Assembly (NCBI GenBank): GCA_013239625.1
Contig: MU054132.1
Span: 310,001 to 374,000, forward strand
DNA length: 64,000 nucleotides
Direction of reading: 5' to 3'
From: Lama guanicoe
Taxonomy: Eukaryota
Positions 1 through 31,093 of this stretch are shown here, one piece after another; position 1 is the stretch's first letter; each line of letters opens with the position of its first letter. Made by a program: the position numbers and the translations under genes. The notes beneath the pieces are model-generated. The model made no database searches. It saw only the letters and a list, made by a program, of their open reading frames with translations, and was not told the origin of the DNA.

Positions 1-639
1 TGGATGGGTCCAGACTCAGAGAGACCCGGACCTGGGAGAAACTGGGAGGGAGAGAGAGGGACGTGAGGACAGAGAGGAGGGCAGGGACAGGGGCGGGTCT
101 AGGCACAGCGGACCGACCCACTCAGGAGGTTCCCGAGGCTGGGGTCCAGGCTGAGGGCAGGACGGGTAGAAGGGCAACGGCGGAACCAGACTCGGGGCTG
201 GCAGCCGAGCAGCCTCCCCAGAGACCTCGGTCCAGCCTGAGCGGGAGTCCCGCGGGCGGACAGACAGCGCTGTGGCCGGGGGGCGCGCGGGGTACCTCCC
301 GTGAAGAGGGCCTACTTCTCGGCTGAGGGCCCCTATTCACCCGCCTGGGCCGGACGATCAGAAAAAAATAACGTCTGTGCCTTCCCGGAGAGGAGAATGA
401 AGCGGCGGCAACGGCCGGGGCCAAGTTCCTGGGCCCCGATGTTAGAGCTTCCCGGGTCCTGTCCCCTCCACACTCACATCTCGCCGCTGTGCGACCCCGG
501 GCCGCAGCCTCTAGAGAAATGTCCCGGGGCAGGGGGCAGCGGGCTCTGTTCTGCCGCTCCACACACCCTTGTCGGAGGCGACGGGGGGGCGGGGGCAGGA
601 GAGGCCCAGGGAGTGGGCGGGGGAGGGAAGAGGCGCCCG

Positions 640-868
640 GGCCGCTGGGGGAGGGGGAGCGGCAGACTGCGAGGCGAGGGACGCGCGCGGCGGGCGGCGG
701 CTCCAAGCGGCGGCCGGACTAGGGGCGCTGGAGGCCAGGCCGGCCAGGGGGTATCCCGAGATCTCGATGAAGTCCCCCCGGGGCCGCGGACGGGGCGCTG
801 TCCTGGGGAGGCTGTCGGGGGATCCCCGACATCCATGGCTAGGCGGGGGCCGCGGCGGTGCGCTCGGA
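640..868 (+). other. PTH1R: Probable upstream non-coding 5'-UTR exon of PTH1R (U3-like); start approximate
   Basis: Strong donor GGA|GTAAGT at 869 inside the CpG island, downstream of a GC-box cluster (575-660). A matching acceptor lies at 1790 with a candidate branch point CCTGAC at 1744-1749. Confidence 0.6.
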
Positions 869-1420
869 GTAAGTTGGGGTTGGGAGCCGGCGCCGAGGGG
901 AGGGGGCCGGAATTGGGTAGAATGACTCCAGGCCTGACCGGGGTGGGCAGGCTGGTCTGTCTCGATGTCAGTCGGCGGCGCCTCCTCGGAGCCCGCCGGA
1001 GCCGCCAGCCCCGCGCCGCTGGGCTCCGGGGCTTTTTTGGAAACTTGCAAATGTTTTCGCAGAGAGCAAGGGGGAGGGGAGAGAGGGAGCGAGGGAGTGA
1101 CCGAAACGCAGCTCGGGGCTGCTGGAAGAACGGAGGCCAAGGCCGGGGGAGTTAGAGACGGACTGACAGACAGGCAGACAGACCGAGCGTCCCGGCCGCA
1201 GGCGCGCTCTAGCGGCGCGGGCGCAGGCGGGGCTCCGGCACAGGATGGGGAGGGAGTGCCGGAGGCGGCAGCGTACGGATCGGGATCAGAGGGGGCCGAG
1301 GGGCTCGGAGCTGGCGGCCGGATCACCGAAGGGCTCAGTGTCCTTGCAAAGTTGGGATCCCTTACCCAAGCTGCACGCACCACCCCCCGCCCTGCCCCGC
1401 CCCCCCTTGTGCTAGCCGAG

Positions 1421-1430
1421 CTAAAAATAA
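1421..1430 (+). promoter_or_regulatory. MEF2-type site CTAAAAATAA
   Basis: Exact match to YTA(A/T)4TAR, forming an isolated AT-rich patch in the CpG island. Confidence 0.5.
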
Positions 1431-1762
1431 CAGCCCGGTTCGCCCCCCGCAGACCGCGACCAAGAAAGAAAAGGCGGCGCGGGAGGGGGGTGGACGGGGG
1501 GCGGGCCGGGGGCGGGGGGCCCGGCCATATGGATGTGATTTCTCTGCTCCAGGGCAGACGGGCAGCTCCGCAGCTCTCGGCGCCCGCCCGGCCCCCGGCT
1601 GCCTCCCTTCCTCCCTCCCTCTCTCTCCTTTGCACCCGTTCGCTCGCTAGCCCTCGGCGCATGGGCCCCGCGCCGGGCCCCGGGGCCTCGGGCCGCCGGG
1701 CCGCCGGGGTCCCCTAGGCCCTGGCGTGGGCGGGACAGCCTGGCCTGACGCAGCTCTGTACC

Positions 1763-1789
1763 CCACCACCACCACCACCACCACCACCA
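1763..1789 (+). repeat. (CCA)9 microsatellite directly before the exon S acceptor
   Basis: Nine perfect CCA units followed by G, forming the AG acceptor. Confidence 0.95.
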
Positions 1790-1838
1790 GGGCCGGCGGC
1801 GGCGGCTGCCCCGAGGGACGGGGCCCTAGGCTGTGGCG

Positions 1839-21231
<19,393 letters not shown>

Positions 21232-21410
21232 TCAGGGACCCAAGGGTTGGACCTGTGGACATAAGGGCAAACAGGCGGACCAAGAGATGGGTGGTTGGAC
21301 GATTGCCCACTCAGGGCTGGGGATGGGAGGACAAAACAGGAAAAAAAAAAAAAAAGAAAAAGAAAAAAAGAAAAGGGAAGAGGAAGCAGTGTGTGGCTTC
21401 CTGTGGTCTG
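21232..21410 (+). terminator. PTH1R: PTH1R short 3' UTR with an A-rich tract (21341-21374) and a downstream GU-rich element; candidate non-canonical polyadenylation region
   Basis: No AATAAA/ATTAAA seen nearby; the A-rich run is followed by gtgtgtggcttcctgtggtctg. Confidence 0.6.
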
Positions 21411-22979
21411 AATTGGGGACTCATTCCAGGAGGGGAGGGCCTGAGAGCCACAGGGGAGTTCTTAGTCTCACCTCAGGAGGGGGTCTAGGAACAATAGGCC
21501 AGTCCCTGGGGTGGGGAGGTCAAGGCATAGTCCAGCAGAAAGGGCCTGGGAGAGGCCACTGTCTAGGCCTAGAGAAGCCCAAGTTCAATGGGGTCACCCA
21601 GCACCCCAGTGGACCCATGTGGAAGTTGGGCCCCAGCCTTTCCCTGCCTCCAGTTGCCACCTCGGCTGCTCCCTGCACTTTTACCCAGGCTCCATGAGGA
21701 ATTTAAGCTTTGGCCCAGGCTCCTCTGGGCTATCTCTCCTCCTGCTGGTCCCCAGTTACTGTCACCCAGGGATGACAGCAGATCCCTTGGGTCCCTGGCC
21801 ACATCTCCAAGCCTAAGGGCCTGCTACAGGCCCCTACCTGCCTGTTTAGTGGCTATGCTGTAACTCTTAGAGACTACAGCCCTCCAAATGTGACCCCCAG
21901 CCACTACCCTGGACCTGACACGCCTCTAGCAACCAGACAGAGGGTGCAGGGGCAGTGACAAGGCCATCAGGTGAAAAGTGGCCGGAGGTCTCTGCTCTGG
22001 CTCAGGAACTGTGGGGGAGCCAAGGGGTCTGAGCCCAGAGGGCTGGCTGGGGTGGGGGTTGGCACATCCACTCACTGGATCCAAAGTGGTCACTAGCATC
22101 CCCACCTGACACCACCCACCACCTTACCTGCCCCATTGACCCCTGTCCGCCCCAGCCTTAGGCTCTAGAATGGCACAGGCCCTCTTCAGCCTGACACTCT
22201 GAGAACTGACCCAACTGCATCTCCAGCCCATGCTCTGGGCAGAGCAAGTTTCTTGCTCAGACCTGAAGATGGCCCCGCCTCTGGGCCTATGCACAAGCTA
22301 GTGCCCCTTTCTGGCCCTTCCTTCCCCTCATCTCCAGCTCAGACTGTCTTGTTCTTCTCCATGGACTCAGCATTTGGGAAGTGCTCCTCATCTCCAGCAG
22401 CCCCCACCCCATCCCCCACTGAGGGCTAGGAGAGGGGTCATGAGGCTGGGCCCACAAACTCACTTAGGCAGTGGGTGGTGCAGGCATACTCTGAGTGGCC
22501 TCAGGTCCAGCCCCACCTGCCCTTCCAGATGGTGGGCAGGGCGACTGTCCAAAGGCCTGGTGCACCCATGGAACTTCATGTAGCATGACCGGCTTGGAAC
22601 ACTACAAGAGAGGCACAGGCTGGGACCTGAAGACCACTGAGCAAGGCCAAGCATTAAGTCCTAGAGGGAGAGCATCAAGGTCTGAACGATTTAGAACAGT
22701 CCTTGCTCCAGTGTAGAGGCCAGAGGCGGTTACACAAGGGTCAGGGTAGCCTTATGGAAGGCTGGTGGCCGGGTGGGGACATAGAGATAGGGGTGGGAGG
22801 TGCTGTTGTTAGGAAAGACCCCCTCAATTCGCCCCAAGGGGAGTCTGATGCCCCTCTCTGGGGCTCAGAGCCACAAGACCTCCAGACTTACTCTGAGCCT
22901 TCAGGGCAACTCATCCCATCCACCCTATAGGTAGAGTCACTAAGGCCCCCAAGCTGGCTGGGTCTCAGGGCCCCATCTT

Positions 22980-23620
22980 CATCCCAGACTCCTCCTCAGG
23001 AGGTTCTGAAGTAGAGTCCACGAGGCCCACTCACCCTGAAACACTCATACTGGGCACCTCTAGGACAGAACTGTGTCTTCCCTTCAGACTGGGTGCCCCC
23101 ACCCAGGGGCTCTAGAGCCTCTCCTCTCAGACAGAGTTTAGCCTCCTCCTGCAGACAGAGAATCTCTTCCACCCCACAACAGGGCTGCGCTCACCCCTCA
23201 TACAGACTGGGCACCCCCCAGGACAAAGTTGTGCTCACCCCTCAGACTTGTTACCACCTTCCCTTCAGATGAACCCCCAGACAGGGTTGTGCCTCTCCTC
23301 TCGACTAACTGCCCCCCTGGACATGCTGTGTACTCCCGCCTCAGGTTTGGCGTCCCCAGGTAGGGCCAGGCCCCCCATATCCACCTGATTACCTCCTCCC
23401 TGAAGGCTGGCCCTCTCTCTTCAGGATTTTTGCACCCAGGACAGGGCCAGTACCCCCTTTAGACTGGGCACCATTTTTCCCCCTCGACTGTATATCCAGG
23501 ACAGGACTGGACCTCTTACATCAGTCTAAGCCCCTAGGCCAGGACCAAGTCTCCCTTAGACCTGGAGCTCCTGGCCAGGGCCAGCCTCCCTACTCAGAGA
23601 GGCCCTGAGCCCCGCCTGGG
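22980..23620 (+). repeat. Degenerate tandem array of cagggctgtg-cccctcagactggg-like units
   Basis: Recurrent ccctcagact, gactgggcacc and cagggctg motifs. Confidence 0.65.
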
Positions 23621-24269
23621 CCATCCAGGTGTTGGCAGAGGAAGTGGGAGCCCTCAGAGGACCTGGCAGGCAGTCAGGACCCTGTTTGCCTTGAGCAGGG
23701 GCTGAAGCCAGGTGGTCATTTCTCCCTTCAAGGCCTCACAGCCCAGCCAAGCCGCAGGGAACACGTAAACACCAGCCCAGCCGAGCGGCGGACAAGCAGG
23801 GAGGAGGGCACCGAAAGACCCTGACTCCTCAGCCTCCTTGGCCACGGTGTCTGGGCCCCCCGTGGGCTACTCCAGACTCCCAAGTCAGGCCAGTAAGAAG
23901 GGCTCCAGCTCCCACCCGTCTCGGGCATGTGAACGGGCCCTGCCTGGCCCCAGCCCAGGCTGGGAGAGGGACCTCTGAAGACACCTGGAGGGAAGGTACT
24001 CTCCTGGGGGCTCCTGGAACACAGGCCAAGCTTTAAGGGCAGGCTGGGTGAGTTCATACCTCCCAGCTCAGAGTGGGACCTAGGGGACCAGCGGCATTGC
24101 AGGCATGCCTCTGCTGACCCTCAGCATGCAGGCCTTTGGAGAGGACAGACTGAATGGTGCCCACACATCTGTCCAGACTGGCCGACCTTGACAGTCCACA
24201 ACCTTTAGCACTCACCTGGGGGCAGTGCTAAGACAGAGAATGGAATGAAGGGGAGGGGACTGAGTTCTT

Positions 24270-26180
24270 TGAAAGATGAAAGGGACATGACTTTCCCCAG
24301 GGGTGTGAGGGGACAAAGCTCTGCTCTGAGAGTGTGTGAGGGAACAGAGCCCTGGAAGGACTCTGAGAGGATCCAGCCCTGCTCTGAGGGCATGTGAGGG
24401 GACACGGATCTGCCTAGGAGTGGGTTCTGAGGGCACACAGACCCATTCTGAGGGGGTGTGAGAGCATATGGACTTGCCCATGGGAGTCTGAGGGGACACA
24501 TGCTTGTTCTGAGGGAGAGTGAGGGGACATGTACACACTGGGAGGGGTCTGAGGGGACACAGCTCTGTTCTATGGGCACATGAAGGGACAAAGACCTTCC
24601 ATGGGGGTATGAGGGGACACAGCTCTGCTCTAAGAGCATACAAGGGAACATGGACCTGCCTGAAGTCTGACGGGACATATCCCTGCTCTGAGGGTGCTGA
24701 GAGGACATGGACCTGCTGGGGGGCACGCTGAGGGGCTACATCCCTGCTCTGAGGGTGCATGAAGGGGCACAGACCTTCCCCAGGTTGGGGTCTGAAAGGA
24801 CACAACCCTGCACAGAGGGCATGTGAGGGGACGTGGACATGCCTGAGGAGATCTGAGGGGACACAGCCATTCTCTGAGGGTGCTAAGAGGACATGGACCT
24901 GTATAGGGGGGGTCTGAGGGACACAGCCCTGCTCTAAGGGTGCATGAGGGGCATGGACCTTCCCTGGGTGGGGAAGTCCGAGGGGACCCAGTCATATGCT
25001 GAGGGCGGGTAAGGGGACATGGACCTTCCCCGGAGAGGGGCTCTGAGGGGACCTATCCCACGCTGAGGGCAGTGAGGGTATGTAGACCTCCTCAGAGGAA
25101 TCTGAGGGGAAAGCGCTCTGCTCAGACGGAAGGTGGGTGAGGGGACTCGAACCTGCGCAGGGGTGAAGGCGTCTGAGTAAACCCAGTTCTGCTCTGAGGG
25201 CACGTGAGGGAACACGGATCTTCCCAGGGTGGACGATGAGGAGACCCAGCCCTGCTCTGAGAGAGCGTTGAGGGGACACGGACTTGCCAGTGGAGGTCTG
25301 AGGGGACGCACTCCTGCTCTGAGGGGGCTGAGCTGAGGGGACATGGACCTGCCCAGAGGGGGTCTGAGGGGACCCAGTCCCAGGCTGAGGGTGGGTGAGG
25401 GGACTCGGACCTGCTCAGAATAATCTGAGGGGACACAGCCCCCTGTGCGGGAACATGGATCTACCATGGCAATCTGAGGGGGCTCAGTCCTGCTCTGTGG
25501 GCATGTGAGGGAACATGGGCCTGCAGCGGGGCAGCCAGTGAGGGGACACAGCCATGGTCTGTGGGCGTGTGAAGGGACATGTACATTTTGTGGGGGACTG
25601 AGGGGACACAGCCCTGCTCTCAGGGTGCGTAAGGGGACACAGAACTTTCCGTGGGGATATGAGGGAACCAGGCATGCTCTGAGGGCATGTCAGGGGATCT
25701 GGACCTCCCCTTTGTATGTGTGTGTGTGGGGGCTCTGAGGAGATCCAGCCCCACTCTGAGTGTGTGTGAGGGGCATGAACCTTCCCCAGAGAAGGGCTCT
25801 GAGGGGACCTATCCCATGCTGAGGGCAGCAAGGGTACATAGACCTGCTCAGAGGAATCTGAGGGGAAAGCGTTCTGCTCTGACGGAGGGTGGGTGAGGGG
25901 ACTCGAACCTTCCCAGGGGTGAAGGCGTCTGAGCGAACCCAGTTCTGCTCTGAGGGCACATGAGGGAACACAAATCTTCCGGGGGTGGGGGGAGGGGTGA
26001 GGAGACCCAGCCTTGCTCTGAGAGCGTGTGAGAGGACATGGACCTGACTGGGGGGTCTGAGGGGACCCCGTCCCATGTTGAGGATGGTTGAGGGGACATG
26101 AACCTGCACTGGGGGCTCTGAAGGGACACAGCCTTTCCGTGAGGGCATGTGAGGGTACAAGGACCTTCCTTCAGGGAGTC
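24270..26180 (+). repeat. G-rich minisatellite, ~60-bp period (two ~30-bp TGAGGGGACA half-units), about 30 units
   Basis: ctctgaggg-like motifs recur at about 24323, 24382, 24447, 24507, 24568, 24628, 24686 and 24747. Consensus is approximately tctgaggggacacagccctgctctgagggcatgtgaggggacatggacctgcc. Confidence 0.9.
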
Positions 26181-27479
26181 TAAGGGTGTCCTGGCTCTGC
26201 GTTCATTGTTAGAAGTAGGCATGGCTGTGGGGACTGGGTCAGAGGGTGCTGAGGGAGTGGGTCTCACCGCGCAGCCAGGGCACATAGGCTGGGTTTCGTC
26301 TAGCTGTTGAGCCCTAATGCCTCCTCAGCTAACTCCAGAATGATCCCAACCTAAGGCTACCTAGGCCAGCTGAAACAAGTGTTGGCTTGGGCAGAGGAGC
26401 CTCCTCCTGGCCAGAGGAGGAGGAGACTCCAGAGCCAAACAGGGGCCTGGGCCCTGGCTGGCTCCGTGTGTGTGCTGTGTGATCCAGGGCAAGCTGCCTT
26501 TCCTCTCTGAACCTTGTCTTCACTTCTGAGGTTGGACTCCAGTCCAAGTCTCTTGGCCTGTGTGGGCTGAGTACCCCCACCCTGCTCCCTAGTGGACCCC
26601 CAGGCTTGGCTTTGGCTGCCTGGACAGGACTCCTATCTTCCCTTGGGCAGGCTTGGGGCCCTCAGCACCCAAGGCCAGGACCTCCCCAAGTGACAGGTCC
26701 CCTCCTTCAGCATTCAGGTCACGCAGGCTGTGGGAGACCAAGAGGGTGGGCATGGATTCTGTGCAGCATCTCCCCATCCAAAGGCAGAGGTTCAGGAAAG
26801 GGGCCAGGGCCTGGGAGACAGAAAACTGGACTTCAGGCCTAAAATCATCCCTTCTGGCTTCAGCCTTCCAATCTGTGCGTGGAGGGCAGGGAGGCAGGGC
26901 TCTTCGTGTGCCTGCATTAATTATGCTTCTCCCCCACCTGCAGTATCCGTTTTAGCCGGTAGAGAGGTGAGTTTCAATTCCCCCAAAGGCTTCCTAACTG
27001 GAAGGCCTGATGGTTTCCAGTCCCAGTTCTCAGATTGTGGGGCGGGGACACAGCCAGCAGCTCTGGTGGGGGACTCTACAGATGAGCAGTCCCTTGGGGC
27101 TCCCACTGGCTTTGCTTCCCAGTGGTGAGGAGGAGGGGACGTGGCCAGGCCGGGAGGATGGGGTTCTGGGCATAGGACGCTGGGCTTGTGGCCACCGCAA
27201 GTTCCCTTCTCAAAGCTTTAGTACCTGTGGCTCCAGACTCCCCTCCCAGGCCCTGGCGCACAAGGCCCTCCACCTGCTCCTGCTCCTCTCCACAGCCCAC
27301 GCTGCGCTCTCCGGTCAGCCCTCCTGGGGGGCCTCTGCCCCAGCACCCTTTTCCTGCTATGGCATGGATGAGTCAGGCGACAGCTTTGGTGTGAACCATG
27401 CCCTGGCCCTGCCCAGAGGCCACACTGTCAGGGTACCTGCCCCCAACAAGTTCACCCCCATCAGTGAGCTAGAGAGGTG

Positions 27480-27806
27480 GGTTGTATGCCTGTTATGTGT
27501 ATGTATATTTGTGTGTGTCTGTGTGCTTATCTGCCTTTGTGTATGTGTTTGTATCTGTGCCTAGCTATATGTGTGTGCTGTGTCTATGTGTGTGTGTCAG
27601 TTTGTAGTTGTATGTATCCTGTGTCTGTGTGTTTGTAGGTGTGCCCTTATTTGTATGTGTACCTGTGTCCATTTGCATGTGTGTCTTATGGCGTGTCTAT
27701 TTGTATGTGTGACTGTCTTGTATGTGTACCAGTGTGTCTATCTGTGTTTATTGGTATGTATGTCTGTGTATATGTGTGTGTCTATCTGTGTGTGTGTGTC
27801 TATGTG
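27480..27806. repeat. Degenerate (TG)n/(TGTA)n simple repeat
   Basis: Visible tgtgtatgtgtgtc-type sequence. Confidence 0.9.
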
Positions 27807-27809
27807 GAC

Positions 27810-27995
27810 CCGCGGTCTGAGAACGCCGCCTGTGGGTGGAATTTGGCCCGGAGATGTGTTTGGTTTGGCCCTCATAGTATTTTCAACATCTTGAGCCAAC
27901 ATTTAAAAATCAGGATATTTCACATAAAAATTCAGCTTTCCAGTTTCTCTTAAAAATTCAGAAGCCCTGGCAGGCTTGGGCCTATGTTCCCATGA
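27810..27995. mobile_element. hAT-Charlie-type DNA transposon fragment (MER102-like)
   Basis: gaatttggccc...gatgtgtttggtttggccc...ccaacatttaaaaatcagg.atttcacataaaaa...tctcttaaaa.tcagaag.cctggca resembles a remembered MER consensus; the family name is uncertain. Confidence 0.5.
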
Positions 27996-28084
27996 GGCCA
28001 CTTTCTGGAGCTGCGCAGGGGCGGCCTCATCCCCCCACCCTCCACAACCTCACCACTTGTCTCACCCACCAGCACCTTGAGGAT

Positions 28085-28435
28085 GATTGAGTTTGTGATC
28101 TCAGAGTGTGTGGTCATGACTGAGTGTAAGCCTGGCTGTCACGGAGTGTGTGCATACGTGTGTGGAGTTTATGTGTGTCGGGGGTGGGGGGCTGTGAATG
28201 TACACGTGTGCATGAATCCAGTCTGCAGTGGGGGACATGTATGCATAAATGCATATGTGTGAGGCCAGTCTGTGTGAGTGGGCTGAGTGTACGTGCATGT
28301 GCGCATGAGGCAAATCTGTGCGGGGGACATGTGAGTGCCTGCATATGTACATGTGTGTGTGAAGCATCCGTGCGTGTGGGGGTATGGGTGTGTGAATGTA
28401 TGGACATACTCATGGCCATGTGGAGTGTGTGGGCC
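28085..28435. repeat. Degenerate TG/CA alternating purine-pyrimidine repeat
   Basis: gtgtgtgcatacgtgtgtg, gtacgtgcatgtgcgcatg and similar runs. Confidence 0.8.
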
Positions 28436-29609
28436 CCTGTGGTCTGGGCATGCTCTGCACAGGGGCTTCTTCCGGCCTTTTAGGGGGAGTTGGATTCCCG
28501 GCTCCTGGCGGGGCTGCCTTGTGGGATTTATTTCTGTCTCAGTGCCGACCGGAGGTCTGAGTAATGGGAACATTTAAAGAAAACCAGTAAGTACATAGAG
28601 AAGGGGCAGGCTGGTCGGGAAATAGGCTGGACACCCCTGCCTAGCCCACGGCTGCCAGAGGCCCTGAGGCCAGGCCTGAGGCAGGGAGGGAAACAGCCCT
28701 AGGACCCAGCATGCACACCCATGCTGCTCTATGGATGCGCACTTCTGCCTGTCCAGGCCCATCCAGCGGGTGAGCCCCCCAACAACCTGGATGGCCCCTG
28801 ATCTAGGCATCTTGGGAACTTGGCTCTGAGCAAAAGATGTTTAGGATAGGCCCAGGGGATGTCATGTCAGGCCTGGCCCAGGGGGCTGAGGGGACCTGAC
28901 CCTCCAGGCAGGGCTCCTTTCCAAGCCAGGCTACAGCGGGTCCCCATGCCGGGGTACTCAAGTCCACACATGCCTCACACATGTACAGACCCTCCCTCGG
29001 GAAGGGTGAGGCTACCTGTGACCTGGCAGGGCTGGTGCTGCCCCCAGGGTTGGGAAGGCAGTCAAGACACTCCACCTAGAGCCCACACACCCTGAAGTGC
29101 CTGATGCCCAGAACCTGAGAAAGACTGGGGTGGGGGTGGAGGGTGCTGCTGCTCTCAGGACACGTCCCCCACTACTCTGGGTTTCAGGTTGACTGAGATC
29201 CACTCTCGGGATCACATCTGATATCCGCTCCATAAATAACACAGACCCCCTGGGAAAGAACAGAGATGCTTCCTTCAATGGGGTGATGTTCCTTACAGAA
29301 GATCGATTTGAGCAGTGTGGAAAGCAGGCTGTGCAGACCCACACTCCCCTTCAGGAGCCCTGGGTCGGTGTCTTCTGCTGCCCCCCAGCGGCCATGTGAG
29401 GATAGTGGGGAAAATAAAGGCTGGAAGGAGATTCTCGTCCATGGAGGTCTCTTGGCTAAATAGACTCATGGGGCTCTTGGGGTCCTAGATCCCCACCACT
29501 CATTACACCCCACTGTGACGCCCAGACAGACGGTCTGGGTGAAGTGAAGTCCTTTAGACTGGTCTGAGGGAAGGACCGCGGCTCCCAGCACAGATCCCAA
29601 GACCACTTG

Positions 29610-29720
29610 GAAGGTCAGCTCCTGGAGAGCAGGGCAACATCAGAATCGCATCTGCATCCTCAGGCCCTGAACGGTGCTCCGCACAAGGCAGGTACTCAAG
29701 AAACAGGATGAATGAATGCC
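29610..29720 (+). mobile_element. L2 LINE 3' end
   Basis: cagctcctggagagcaggg...caggtactcaagaaacaggatgaatgaatg is an L2-type tail. Confidence 0.55.
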
Positions 29721-31093
29721 TGAATCCTCAGCTCCTGCAGGGGAGGGGAGTGCTGCAGCAGGCCCCAGACACAGCTCAGAGCCCCATGGGGAGGCCACCT
29801 GAAGGTGAGCAGGCATCTCACACACAGGAGCCAAGAAGGTGGGGAGTAGCGGCGTGGAATCCCAACAGAGGACTTGGCCTGGAGGTTGCGTGGGACTTGA
29901 GGGTGCACAGACAGAGTCCAAGGGACTCCATTTGCCTAAACTGGCCGCGTTCACACACTTGACCAGCCTAGATGTCCACCTGGCCTCTGGGTCCCCTTCC
30001 TGAAATCCCAGACAGGACTTCCTCCCAGCCCTTGTGCTGCCTTCCCTCTTACCCAGAGGCACCAAGCCTTAGCCTCTGGGCCAGCAGGCCCTGTACTCCT
30101 GTCCTTTGCTTGGCGAAGGGGCATCCATTGCTGCTGCAGAACATTCCAGGCCTGAAACCTCTCCTGAGATAACCCAAAGGCCAGATGTCCTCGAGGATTT
30201 GAAGCGGGAGAGGCCTGAGTGTTGGGAGGTCAGTCAGGGCTGTCCTGGAGGAGTGCCTGGTGAGCTGGGTAGCAGTGGGCACACCAGGGCTCCATCCACT
30301 GAGCTGAGCACTGCCACTCGCTGGCCTGTTTCCTCAGCCCTATGACAAAGGGACTGCTGGGGCCCAAGCTCCTCATCTGTCCCTCCAACCAAGGCCAGGA
30401 CTCACTGTGACCAACTATAAGCCACCACCATCTCATCTTCCACAAGACTCCAGAAAGCCTGCTGTCCTGTTTTTAAACATAGAAAGCATAGTATTTAAAA
30501 AAAAAATTACACGATTAACAGGTTTTACCATTTTCTTTGCTCGCAACTGAAAATATTTTAAAATGTTTTATTTTGAAATATAGGTTCATAGGAAGTTTAA
30601 AAAGCACAGAGCAGTCCTGCTGACCATCCACCCTGCTTCCCCTCGTGGTTACATCTCCCGTAACTAGAGCACAGTATCAAAACCAGGAATTGGACGTCAG
30701 CACAATGTGTGTGTATAGTTCCATTTTATCACTTGTGTAGATTTGTGTATCACCACTGCAGTTGAGAACTACTCTATCACTACAAAGATCTCCTTTATTT
30801 CAAACTACCCCTTTATATTGTCACACTTGCTCCTACCATTCCTAACCCCTGGTAACCACAAATCTGTTCCCTATCTCCATGATTTTGTCATTTCAAGAAT
30901 GCTATAGATAAGGGAATCATACAGTCTGTGAGCTATCTATCTTTCCTACCTACCTACCTATTTCACCCCGCATAATGCCCCTGAAATTCATCCAAGACAT
31001 ACCCTCTACAAACAGCTGGCTCCTTTTTATTGCTGAGTAGTATCTCCACGGTATGATTACAACACAGCTTAACACTTACTGAAGGGCATTTTG

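Noticed and set aside
63..1717. Long overlapping ORFs (up to 383 aa) on both strands
   Set aside because: These are G/P/R/A-rich translations of a CpG island where stop codons are rare, with no recognisable domain.
24205..26285. Many minus-strand ORFs with repeated SEQG/PSDP-like peptides, and a superficially CRISPR-like repeat pattern
   Set aside because: These are translations of a degenerate minisatellite. The units are not identical repeats with unique spacers, there are no cas genes, and the context is mammalian.
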